DNA of 64,000 nucleotides from positions 1 through 64,000 of IMG/VR virus record IMGVR_UViG_3300030202_002193, one strand, 5' to 3'. The notes under the pieces are model-generated. The model had not been told where the DNA came from, searched no databases, and worked only from the letters and a program-made list of their open reading frames with translations. The position numbers and the translations under genes are program-made. Positions 1 through 8,364 of the stretch are shown one piece after another. This DNA comes from a virus. Numbering within the stretch: position 1 is the stretch's first letter; each line of letters starts with the position of its first letter.

Positions 1-25
1 TACCGGAATTAAAAGAGGGTAAGAT

Positions 26-766
26 ATGAAATTTGCAGTTGATAGTAAAGTAATATGTAGTGCGCTAGATGATATTCAAGGAAAAGGAAAGTACGGGGTC
101 TCTAACAGTAGTTTAGATGATTGCGTCTACCTAACTCTAGAAGGAAATAATCTAGAATTATGGAATGCTGATTCTACACTTTCGCTAACAATTGATTTGG
201 AAGTGAACGGAGAAGAAGATGGGGACTTTGTAATGAATGCAAAGATACTAACTACTTTCTTGAAGAAGTTTAGCGGGGATGCTACTTTCATAGGAGAAGA
301 TACTCTTACGGTTTCTTGCAATAGTCAAGAAGTAGTCTTACCTAGAATCGTTGCACATTCTAATATGAATGCAATTACTAGAATTAGAGGAATGTTAGAA
401 CATGTTTCCTATGAAGAAGAACCTGAAACATTGTTTATGTTTGGTCCTTCTAAATTCGAATCGGCATTTACTATTCATTCTGAAGATTTCAAAAAAACTA
501 TGAGTCTATGTGAATTAATTAAGAGTGGAGTGTACCGATTAGATTGTACTGAAGAAGTAAAGATTAGTAGTCAAACTTCTGCTTCTAATAAGTACATGGA
601 AACCATGACCGCTACAAATAAGATAGGGGAAGAGGCTACAGTAGAATGGTCGGGACCACTACACAAGTTCTTTGATGGAAAAATAAACTTCTATATTAAA
701 GATGAATTCCCTTTACTTTTAGTAGGAACAGATAGAAAGTTAATCCGTGCGCCGCATGTGAGTTGA
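26..766 (+). CDS. pcn: DNA sliding clamp (PCNA-like)
   Basis: 246 aa acidic protein with a clamp-like two-domain pattern, directly upstream of polB, which ends in a PIP box. Confidence 0.75.
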   Translation: MKFAVDSKVICSALDDIQGKGKYGVSNSSLDDCVYLTLEGNNLELWNADSTLSLTIDLEVNGEEDGDFVMNAKILTTFLKKFSGDATFIGEDTLTVSCNSQEVVLPRIVAHSNMNAITRIRGMLEHVSYEEEPETLFMFGPSKFESAFTIHSEDFKKTMSLCELIKSGVYRLDCTEEVKISSQTSASNKYMETMTATNKIGEEATVEWSGPLHKFFDGKINFYIKDEFPLLLVGTDRKLIRAPHVS

Positions 767-2496
767 GTATAATGATAATATCCACATTTTGTGACAATAA
801 AAATATCTATGTAAGTTGGAGAGAAAACGGAGAAAAGAAGGAAGAGATAAAACCTTTCAGACCGTATTTTTTTATAGACGATGAGGATAGAGAATTTAGA
901 TTCTATAACCCTACCAAATATACTAAGCGAGAGTTTGAATATGAAACTGGAGAATGGTATTCTCTAGAAGGAAGAAAACTAAAGAAAGTATATGTAGAAA
1001 ACTCTACGGACATTCGAGATGCAAAGGAGAAGTTTTTGAAAACTTGGGAAGCAGATGTAAGATACCATCACAGATATGCTATTGATAATTTAACCGAGAT
1101 ACCCGAATACAAAATGCGTAAGTGGTATTGGGATATGGAATGGCAACAAGGCGGAGAATATCACGATTGTATTACTACTATTGTAATGTATGATAATTAC
1201 GATGAGAAGTATTACCAATGGGTTTGGTTTCCTAATGATAAACCATTAGATACTGTATTTGATACAGGAGTTAGATATATTTTCAGTAATGAAAAAGAAA
1301 TGCTGGAATCTTTCATTAATACTATGGTAGGCAAAAACCCTGATATGTTAATTGCATGGTTTGGTCTAAAGTTCGATTTACCTAAACTAATTGATAGGTG
1401 TTGTGCATTGGGAGTTAATCCTCTAAGATTGTCTCCCTATGCCTCTGTTTCAAATGTGTTTCCCACCAAGGAAGGACATAGATTCACAAAGGCAGAAGAT
1501 GGATTTTCTCCTATCTCTCAACCTATAGGTGGAAGGATTTGTCTTAACTTAGATTTAGCCTTTGAGAGACAGTGGAATGATTCCCAAAGAGGAACCCTAC
1601 CATCTCTTAGTCTAAACTATGTTTCCGAATATGTCTTAGGTAAAAATAAATTAGAATCAGAAAAGTTTCCCGACCCGAATGAATTCTATCGTAGAGCATG
1701 GTTAGAAGATACAGAAACTTATCTTAAATATGCCTTGATAGATGTAGAATTGATGGTAGAAATTGATGAATCAAACTATTGTAGTGAAGCAATGTTGGCT
1801 TTACAAAAACTACTAGTTGCGCCATTTGACGCTTGCTTCTATGCTAGCCATATGGGAGGCATTTACTTTATGAGAAATGCTACTTGGAAAGCACCAACGG
1901 GTTTCAGACCTAAGAATAAAGTCTGTAAGTCTTGCAATATAGTTAATGATAAAAAAGCAAAGGCTTGTAAAAATTGCAAGGAGAGTTTATCCTATCAAGG
2001 GGCTATGGTATATGACCCATTGAGTGAAAGCACAAACGGACTACACAAAGGAGTGGCGGCATTTGACTTTGCTGGCCTATATCCTTCGATGATATTGGCT
2101 AGGAATATTTCTTTTGAAACAATCAGCGATACCCCCACTGAATTGGGAGCGAATCTTGCTACGCCGAAGGACTTCAGCATATGCGATAAGAAGGACATGG
2201 TTTATTTTAAGACTGATAAGTTGGGATTATTGCCAACGGCGGTTTTAGAATTGAAAGAATTGCGTAATCAATATAAAGCAAGAATGAAAGAAGCCAAAAA
2301 GCAGAGAAATGATTCTGAATATGTTAAGTGGCATAATAACCAAATGGCAGTTAAAAGATTAATGGCTTCATTCTATGGCATCTTGGCTTTTGCAGGTTTT
2401 GGTTGGTCGAATGTAACTTTGGCTGAAAGCATTACTGCAAGCGCAAGAGAAGCAATTAGAAGTGCGGCTTTCAAAGCAAAGGAGATGGAAGTATGA
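763..2496 (+). CDS. polB: Family B DNA polymerase, N-terminal half (3'-5' exonuclease, motifs A and B) with Zn-ribbon insertion
   Basis: Exo motifs YWDME, FGLKFDLP, YALID; motif A DFAGLYPS; motif B KRLMASFYG; inserted CKSC...CKNC; stops just before motif C. Confidence 0.95.
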   Translation: MSIMIISTFCDNKNIYVSWRENGEKKEEIKPFRPYFFIDDEDREFRFYNPTKYTKREFEYETGEWYSLEGRKLKKVYVENSTDIRDAKEKFLKTWEADVRYHHRYAIDNLTEIPEYKMRKWYWDMEWQQGGEYHDCITTIVMYDNYDEKYYQWVWFPNDKPLDTVFDTGVRYIFSNEKEMLESFINTMVGKNPDMLIAWFGLKFDLPKLIDRCCALGVNPLRLSPYASVSNVFPTKEGHRFTKAEDGFSPISQPIGGRICLNLDLAFERQWNDSQRGTLPSLSLNYVSEYVLGKNKLESEKFPDPNEFYRRAWLEDTETYLKYALIDVELMVEIDESNYCSEAMLALQKLLVAPFDACFYASHMGGIYFMRNATWKAPTGFRPKNKVCKSCNIVNDKKAKACKNCKESLSYQGAMVYDPLSESTNGLHKGVAAFDFAGLYPSMILARNISFETISDTPTELGANLATPKDFSICDKKDMVYFKTDKLGLLPTAVLELKELRNQYKARMKEAKKQRNDSEYVKWHNNQMAVKRLMASFYGILAFAGFGWSNVTLAESITASAREAIRSAAFKAKEMEV

Positions 2497-2612
2497 AGTG
2501 TAGATTATGTTTAAGAAAAGTAGAAGCACTACACCCAATACAGAACGCTTGTTCTGAATGTGTTAGAAAAATTAAAAACGAAAACAAAAAGAAAAGGAGG
2601 GTTAGACATTAA
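2493..2612 (+). CDS. Small Zn-finger protein, 39 aa (not in ORF track)
   Basis: ATGA overlap with the polB-N stop, GGAGATGG RBS; MKCRLC...CSECVRKIKNENKKKRRVRH. Confidence 0.65.
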   Translation: MKCRLCLRKVEALHPIQNACSECVRKIKNENKKKRRVRH

Positions 2613-2814
2613 TTCATTTCTTAAAAAAAGAATAGAGAAAGAAATCTATTTAATTCATCAGCCATTTAGTGCTAAAGATATGAGAATTAGAATAGTCGAA
2701 CACTACGGTACGAAGTATTCGGGAAGCACAATTACTATTGGTAACATGCTCGCTAGAATGAATAATGTAGAACCTGCTGGAAAAGGATTGTGGAGGGTTA
2801 TAGATGGAGATTAA
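2560..2814 (+). CDS. Winged-helix-like small protein; true start possibly ATT at 2608
   Basis: FSAKDM...TIGNMLARM...GKGLWRV pattern; GGAGG at 2596-2600. Confidence 0.55.
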   Translation: MLEKLKTKTKRKGGLDINSFLKKRIEKEIYLIHQPFSAKDMRIRIVEHYGTKYSGSTITIGNMLARMNNVEPAGKGLWRVIDGD

Positions 2815-3085
2815 TTGGAATACTTATTCTGAACTAGCAACTTGGGCCACGACTACTAAAGAAGGAATGGCAGTTATCGCCTTAGTAATATACTTTGCTT
2901 GTTTTTTTATACCAGCAGTACAGGTATCATTCTTTGATTCTGAAGGGGAAAAAACTGGCCTACTTACTAACATTATAGTTTTCATAGCGACCTTCGTATT
3001 ATTGCCGCCAGTATTACTATTATCATTGGTGCTTGATTTCTTGGGCTTCCTAAGCGTAGAGGTGGAGTGGGAGTATGAAAACTAA
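2804..3085 (+). CDS. Membrane protein with two hydrophobic segments
   Basis: GGAGGG RBS; two long hydrophobic stretches. Confidence 0.7.
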   Translation: MEINWNTYSELATWATTTKEGMAVIALVIYFACFFIPAVQVSFFDSEGEKTGLLTNIIVFIATFVLLPPVLLLSLVLDFLGFLSVEVEWEYEN

Positions 3086-3227
3086 ATATGTAACAGTTAA
3101 AGTATCGTATGATACAGAAGAAACTTGGGAAGTTTCTCTAGAAGAAATTAGCGAGATAATTTCTATGATGACCAACCTAAGACGCAAGGCTGAGATAGTA
3201 GGAATAGAATCGGAGTTGAAAACATGA
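3075..3227 (+). CDS. Hypothetical protein, 50 aa (MKTKYVTVKVSYDTEE...)
   Basis: GGAGTGG RBS; coupled to neighbours by overlaps; manual translation. Confidence 0.65.
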   Translation: MKTKYVTVKVSYDTEETWEVSLEEISEIISMMTNLRRKAEIVGIESELKT

Positions 3228-3355
3228 TGATGGATAAAACCAATGAACTCCTAGAAGAATTGCTGGCTATGATAGCAAAGAGTAATAAAATATTGATGAT
3301 GGTAAATATCGTAAACATAGCAACCATCCTAACAATAGTAACGGTGATATTATGA
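3224..3355 (+). CDS. Small C-terminally anchored membrane protein, 43 aa
   Basis: ATGA overlaps at both ends; ends ILMMVNIVNIATILTIVTVIL. Confidence 0.6.
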   Translation: MMMDKTNELLEELLAMIAKSNKILMMVNIVNIATILTIVTVIL

Positions 3356-3522
3356 GTATGGAAGAAGAAATTATTAATCTAAAGAATAGAATCAAGGGAC
3401 TAGAAAAAGACCTCGACTATCAGATTGAACAGAATCACAACAATACAAAAATGTATAATGCTATTAGAGAAATGCAAGATGAACTTTCCAAGAAAGGGTT
3501 TTGGTTTATTAATCGGTTGTGA
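3352..3522 (+). CDS. Small coiled-coil protein, 56 aa
   Basis: GGTGA RBS, ATGA overlap; MSMEEEIINLKNRIKGLEKDLD... Confidence 0.65.
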   Translation: MSMEEEIINLKNRIKGLEKDLDYQIEQNHNNTKMYNAIREMQDELSKKGFWFINRL

Positions 3523-3526
3523 TATC

Positions 3527-3823
3527 ATGAAAGAAAATAAACTCTACTGGAAAAGAAATAGAATCTGTACTAGAATAATCAGGGCGTTTTCTGAAAGCGA
3601 GAAAAAATCTTTGACAACAAAAGAAATCTTCCATTTGATGTTAGACCAAACAAATAGACACGGTGCTAAATACATTAGTAACTTCACTATGCAGAAGGTT
3701 TCTCAAATACTAAATAAATATCCTTTTTTCGAAAAGGTAGGTATGCAATATGTTAAGAGCGCAGGTAATAATGGAATGCAAGTATGCGTATGGAAAGTAT
3801 CAAAATTAGGTGAGGAAAAATGA
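3527..3823 (+). CDS. Winged-helix DNA-binding protein
   Basis: Start refined to MKENK; LTTKEI...TMQKVSQIL...FEKVG...VWKV. Confidence 0.6.
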   Translation: MKENKLYWKRNRICTRIIRAFSESEKKSLTTKEIFHLMLDQTNRHGAKYISNFTMQKVSQILNKYPFFEKVGMQYVKSAGNNGMQVCVWKVSKLGEEK

Positions 3824-3969
3824 AACAAGAAAGATTGTTATTAGATTGGCTTAGTCAATATATAGACGATGTTACTACTATCCAAGTGGAGGAGGATGTA
3901 ATCCATCTATTTGTTAATGGAAAAAGAACAGGAATAATTACGCATCAAAAAATAGGTGTTTGGAAATGA
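3820..3969 (+). CDS. Hypothetical protein, 49 aa
   Basis: GGTGAGG RBS; ATGA overlaps with the upstream gene and with the polB-C start. Confidence 0.6.
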   Translation: MKQERLLLDWLSQYIDDVTTIQVEEDVIHLFVNGKRTGIITHQKIGVWK

Positions 3970-4850
3970 AAGTAGTTTATGGGCATACAGATTCTATCTA
4001 TGTAGAAATAGGTAGCATAGAAAGCGCAAAAAAGGCCGTAATAGAAATCAATAACCATGTTAGAGAATCGTTTCCTAATGTTTTGGGGCTAAGTGAGCAT
4101 CCTGTAGTTCTAGAATTCGAAAAATATTATTCTAGGCTAGGAGTGGGGGCCACTAAGAATAGAAATGCTGGTCTAATCTCTTGGAAAGACGGCTATGAGT
4201 TAGAAAAACCAGAATTTACTATGACTGGTTTTACTGCGAAGAGAATTTCCGAAACTCCTCTAGCAAAGGGCGTTCAAATGAAGGTTTTGGAAATGTGGCT
4301 TAACGATAATACCTTCAAGGAGATTAATTCGTGGCTAAATGCAAAATACGCTTCAATAATAAATGGCGATTTTGATAAAGTGGATATAATTAAGCGAAGT
4401 CGTCTTAAAGAGGAGAGATTTTCTGTAAAATGTCCCTCTTGTAATAAAAAATACAAGGTAGAAGAATGTTATTCTATAGATTGGTGCGAGAAATGCGGGG
4501 AACAGAAGAAAAACTTCACTACCTTGCAAAATAAGAAGCCTAGTTTTGGAGAAGGTGTAGGAGGAATCCTATATGGAAGAGAAAGATTGAATATGGAATA
4601 CGATGACTCATATCTATTTATGAAAATAAAGCCAAATGACACCTTCACTCACCCCTTAACAGGGGAATTAAAGTCTGCCGAGTACTATTCGGCAACTACC
4701 CTTAATGATTTCAAGAATATTGAACCGGACTTGACTTATTATGGGAATGTAATAATAAAAAAAGCAGAGCCTATCTATCGGGCTATGGGTTGGAATACAG
4801 ATTCAATCCGAACAGGTAGAATGCAAACAAGTTTTGATGATTGGTGGTAA
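3966..4850 (+). CDS. polB: Family B DNA polymerase, C-terminal half (motif C, thumb, Zn ribbon, PIP box)
   Basis: Begins MKVVYGHTDSIY (motif C); LEFEK, KNRNAG; CPSC...CEKC insert; C-terminal QTSFDDWW; AGGTG RBS. Confidence 0.93.
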   Translation: MKVVYGHTDSIYVEIGSIESAKKAVIEINNHVRESFPNVLGLSEHPVVLEFEKYYSRLGVGATKNRNAGLISWKDGYELEKPEFTMTGFTAKRISETPLAKGVQMKVLEMWLNDNTFKEINSWLNAKYASIINGDFDKVDIIKRSRLKEERFSVKCPSCNKKYKVEECYSIDWCEKCGEQKKNFTTLQNKKPSFGEGVGGILYGRERLNMEYDDSYLFMKIKPNDTFTHPLTGELKSAEYYSATTLNDFKNIEPDLTYYGNVIIKKAEPIYRAMGWNTDSIRTGRMQTSFDDWW

Positions 4851-4851
4851 T

Positions 4852-5010
4852 ATGAAAGAGTTAGAAGAAATAATATATGATATAGATATGAAAATTTATG
4901 AGTTACAGGCAAGTGAGAATACTCCTATAATAATTTTAGAAGATTTAAGGCAAGCAAGAAAATATTTAGGTAAAGCCTATAATATATTAAATGAAGGTGG
5001 TGATTATTAA
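4852..5010 (+). CDS. Hypothetical protein, 52 aa
   Basis: GGTGG RBS; TAATG overlap with the next gene. Confidence 0.6.
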   Translation: MKELEEIIYDIDMKIYELQASENTPIIILEDLRQARKYLGKAYNILNEGGDY

Positions 5011-5903
5011 TGACATATGAAGAAGAGATAAAAAATATGGATGAATATACTTATCAGTGGAATGCTGATAATTACGATAAAGAAGATGAACCTATTTTGA
5101 AGATTACGAAATCTTCTCTAGGTTCTCATGTATGGTGTCCCAAAAAGTATGAGTTTGGATATATCCAAAGACTTCCGCAAGACCAAAGTGAAGCAATGCG
5201 TAAGGGTACTTATATGCACAATGCGAGAGAAGATTTCTTCAATGATTTCGATATTGCTAAGGCTAAGGATATGTCACATGATGAACTATTAGATTATTGT
5301 ACGAGTCTATTTCCAGTAGATGAATACTTTGACGAATATCTAACTATTGCGGCGTTTGAAGCAAATAGGTTTTCTCAATCTAAAATGGAGGAAAAAGTAC
5401 ATGAGTTCTTACCTCCCTGTAATGAAGGTAAGTTTGATTGTGAGATAGTTATAGCGGCAGATACGGACCCTAAGTTTCCTCTTAGGAGAGACTACAAGGT
5501 ACACCTTCAAGGAATTATAGATAGAGTGTTTCAAGAAGGAAATGGGTATATCCCTATGGAGTTTAAGACAGGCCCTTGGAAAGACTACAAGACATCTTCG
5601 ATGAGAAAAGAAATGGCTTTCTATAAACTTATGATAGATAACTGTAGTACAGAAGTTCTAAGACAAGCGGGATTAGAACCTAATGTCCCTGTTACCCATT
5701 GGTCTTGGTATTATCCAATATCAAATTACATTTATGTAGAGGAAGTTAAGAAGTCGTCTATGACATCTATGATGAAAACAATCGCTAGATTAATTCACGC
5801 ATACGAAAGAAAGAATTTCCCTGCTAAGTTTTTCTATAAGACCTGCGCCCATTGTAGTTATTTTGGGATTTGTGAAGCGGCTCAAGAAGATACATGGGTG
5901 TGA
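5010..5903 (+). CDS. Cas4-like PD-(D/E)XK nuclease with Fe-S staple
   Basis: N-terminal CPKK; GIIDR...EFKTG; C-terminal CAHCSYFGIC. Confidence 0.85.
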   Translation: MTYEEEIKNMDEYTYQWNADNYDKEDEPILKITKSSLGSHVWCPKKYEFGYIQRLPQDQSEAMRKGTYMHNAREDFFNDFDIAKAKDMSHDELLDYCTSLFPVDEYFDEYLTIAAFEANRFSQSKMEEKVHEFLPPCNEGKFDCEIVIAADTDPKFPLRRDYKVHLQGIIDRVFQEGNGYIPMEFKTGPWKDYKTSSMRKEMAFYKLMIDNCSTEVLRQAGLEPNVPVTHWSWYYPISNYIYVEEVKKSSMTSMMKTIARLIHAYERKNFPAKFFYKTCAHCSYFGICEAAQEDTWV

Positions 5904-5907
5904 TTAA

Positions 5908-6273
5908 ATGACTGAAAAAAAACCAATGCACCTTTGCATGTATGCTTACCTATGTGGTTGCCATACTATAATGTCAAACAATAGAGAAACTATTAGCGCA
6001 CATATGAAAGAAGTCCACGGTTGGACTCAACAAGAATGTGATGATACTTTAATGGGTGATAGATTGGCGGGAGGTGATGGCGTGAGAGATTGGGAACATG
6101 AAGTTTTGATGTTTATTGACAGAACAGGTAGGGATTTTTCCTATGACTATTTTCTTTGGTTGGTAACTAATGCCGCATGGTGTCCTAAGTGTGATAAAGT
6201 CAATGATGGCGAAGGTGGCCCACATATGGGAAACGATGTGATTTGCGATGAATGCGTGGAGGTGACGGCGTAA
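5908..6273 (+). CDS. Cys/His-rich hypothetical protein, probable Zn binding
   Basis: CGC..HxxxxH, CPKC, CDEC motifs. Confidence 0.65.
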   Translation: MTEKKPMHLCMYAYLCGCHTIMSNNRETISAHMKEVHGWTQQECDDTLMGDRLAGGDGVRDWEHEVLMFIDRTGRDFSYDYFLWLVTNAAWCPKCDKVNDGEGGPHMGNDVICDECVEVTA

Positions 6274-6644
6274 TGATTGATTTATTAATAGAAGCAAAAG
6301 TAATTTCTAGAGATTGGACTTTCAATCAAATATCTGATTTGAAGAATACAATAGAAGAACTTTCTACAGAATTATATTCTGAAATGAAACTATCTGAAAG
6401 ATTTGAATTAATTAGAGAATGTCCTGTTAATGATTTATATGTAGGTCAGACCTTTGAAGATGCTTTTAGAGAAGTTGTAATGACAATTCTAAGAGGAGAA
6501 GTCGCAGGTAAAATAAAAAATATGCTAGGAAAAGCAACAATAAATTTTGGTGGTAAAAATGAAATTTCCGAGAGAAGTATGGGCAGGGAGTCACATAAAG
6601 AACGCCCCTCAAATGAAAAGGAAGATAGTAAGGACGAAGAATGA
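6273..6644 (+). CDS. Hypothetical protein
   Basis: GGAGGTG RBS; TAATG overlap; start refined from the ORF track. Confidence 0.7.
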   Translation: MIDLLIEAKVISRDWTFNQISDLKNTIEELSTELYSEMKLSERFELIRECPVNDLYVGQTFEDAFREVVMTILRGEVAGKIKNMLGKATINFGGKNEISERSMGRESHKERPSNEKEDSKDEE

Positions 6645-7605
6645 ATATACTGCATTTGTAAAAGCGCAGAATAATCGCACTAATGTCTATACTACGGTCT
6701 ACGACTTTGAGCATTTCAGCGAGATGTCTAAGATTGACTCTAGTGTAATTCTAGATAGGATTTTCTTGGACTTCGATGCTCACGGAGAAAGTTTAGATAA
6801 TGCCTTTGAGGATTTGAAGATGGTAATGGAATATGTAATCACTAATGATATTCAGCATTCCTGTTTCTTTTCGGGCAGGGGATTTCATTTGTTTTTACAT
6901 GGGGAAGTTACAGATAATATCCGTGACATACAAGCATACTTTAGAATAATTAAAAAGTACCTAAAAAACAATACTAACTATGAAATTACTTTAGATGATA
7001 GAGTAGGGCAATCTACTAGATTGAGAAGAGTACCCAATACTGTAAATATGTCAAGTAGAAATGAAGCAGGTATTCCCTACTATTGCATTCCTATTTTCTA
7101 CGAAGATTTGGCAAGAGGACTTTCTCATATTCTGAAATTGGCAGAAAGACCTAGGCTTATACCTAAGAGGATTACAGGAAAGGAAAAAATATCATGGCCA
7201 AAATCCAAGCCCTTAGAAGCAGTAAAGGGAGAAGTAGTGGCTACCGTTTTCAAGGGTAGGCTACCTATTCTTCCCTGCTTACATAGTGCAATTATGGTAG
7301 AGAATCCTAGCCATATGGCTAGAGCATATCTTGTATCTTGGTATAGAGATTTATTATCCGGTTGTAGTAAAGGATTAAGTAATTCTGAAAAGCAAGATAT
7401 ATTAGATAAAGTCGTAGAGGAAATTAAATGGATAGCCGAAACTCACGATGAGGTTTGGCTTGATTGGGACGAAGGAGAGACTAGGAAACATGCTCGCTTT
7501 ACGGTGTTCGGAGAATATACTGCGCCACACTGTAAAACAAAATTGATTCCCGAAGGGTATTGCATTGGAAAATGTTGGAGATATCCACATGAGGTGAAAC
7601 AATGA
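6559..7605 (+). CDS. Archaeo-eukaryotic primase, PriS fused to a PriL-like Fe-S domain
   Basis: FLDFD, FSGRGFH, RLRRVPNT; C-terminal LPCL...HC...C..KC. Confidence 0.9.
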   Translation: MKFPREVWAGSHIKNAPQMKRKIVRTKNEYTAFVKAQNNRTNVYTTVYDFEHFSEMSKIDSSVILDRIFLDFDAHGESLDNAFEDLKMVMEYVITNDIQHSCFFSGRGFHLFLHGEVTDNIRDIQAYFRIIKKYLKNNTNYEITLDDRVGQSTRLRRVPNTVNMSSRNEAGIPYYCIPIFYEDLARGLSHILKLAERPRLIPKRITGKEKISWPKSKPLEAVKGEVVATVFKGRLPILPCLHSAIMVENPSHMARAYLVSWYRDLLSGCSKGLSNSEKQDILDKVVEEIKWIAETHDEVWLDWDEGETRKHARFTVFGEYTAPHCKTKLIPEGYCIGKCWRYPHEVKQ

Positions 7606-7688
7606 AACAATTAACATTAGATAATTTTGGATTAATTATGGAAGGACAAACTAAGTTGAGTGATTTTGATGCTAGTAATAGACAGTAG
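7602..7688 (+). CDS. 28-aa micro-protein with two PIP-box-like motifs
   Basis: GAGGTG RBS, ATGA overlap; MKQLTLDNFGLIMEGQTKLSDFDASNRQ. Confidence 0.55.
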   Translation: MKQLTLDNFGLIMEGQTKLSDFDASNRQ

Positions 7689-8364
7689 AGAAAAGAAAGG
7701 TTCTCTTCTAGTAGACCTAGTAGAAAGTAAGGCTAAGTCTCTAAATATAACGACTGAAAAAAAGTGGCTTGAGATTGGAGATTATGTTTTTGATGATGTT
7801 TGTTTTGAAGCAAAGTCTGTTGTTGATTTTATTGGTTCAGTTATGAGTAAAAGAATTTGGACTCAAATAGATAATATGGATAGATATTACAAGACCAATG
7901 TTGTTATTATCTACGGTAGTTTATCCGAAGGCATTAATAACATAATGGAAAATAGTAAATCTAAACTACCTCCAGCATCAAGGGCCGTTATGTTAAATAA
8001 TAAATTTCTAGGGGCTATAGGAAGAATAACTTTAGATACAGATTGTAAAGCATTTTGGGTTCCTACAGAAAGAGAAGCCGCATTAATTATAACTGCAATT
8101 TGTAAAATGAAACCGATTAATAGAGATGTAATAAGACCTGAAGTATTTAAGAGAATAACAACAGACGATTTAAGATTAGATTTACTAACAAGTATAAAAG
8201 GCGTATCAATTAAAAAGGCCAAAGAACTCATTAAAGAGTTTGGTTCTATTATGGAAATAGGAGAACAAAGGCCACATGAATTGACAATAATAAACGGGAT
8301 TGGAACCACCGTAGCCGAGAGAATAATTAAGGTTCTAAACCATGAAGGTAAGGTGAAAATATGA
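7669..8364 (+). CDS. XPF/ERCC4-family structure-specific nuclease with HhH tail
   Basis: VIDSRE, IGDYV, FEAKS; tandem HhH (IKGVSIKKA, INGIGTTVA). Confidence 0.9.
   Translation: MLVIDSREKKGSLLVDLVESKAKSLNITTEKKWLEIGDYVFDDVCFEAKSVVDFIGSVMSKRIWTQIDNMDRYYKTNVVIIYGSLSEGINNIMENSKSKLPPASRAVMLNNKFLGAIGRITLDTDCKAFWVPTEREAALIITAICKMKPINRDVIRPEVFKRITTDDLRLDLLTSIKGVSIKKAKELIKEFGSIMEIGEQRPHELTIINGIGTTVAERIIKVLNHEGKVKI

Noticed and set aside
2497-3965. Intein or self-splicing intron in polB
   Set aside because: No intein terminal residues and no recognisable intron structure; the insert is filled with translationally coupled ORFs and the C-half has its own RBS
5010-5903. CRISPR-Cas adaptation gene
   Set aside because: Solo Cas4-like nuclease in the replication module; no cas1, cas2 or array
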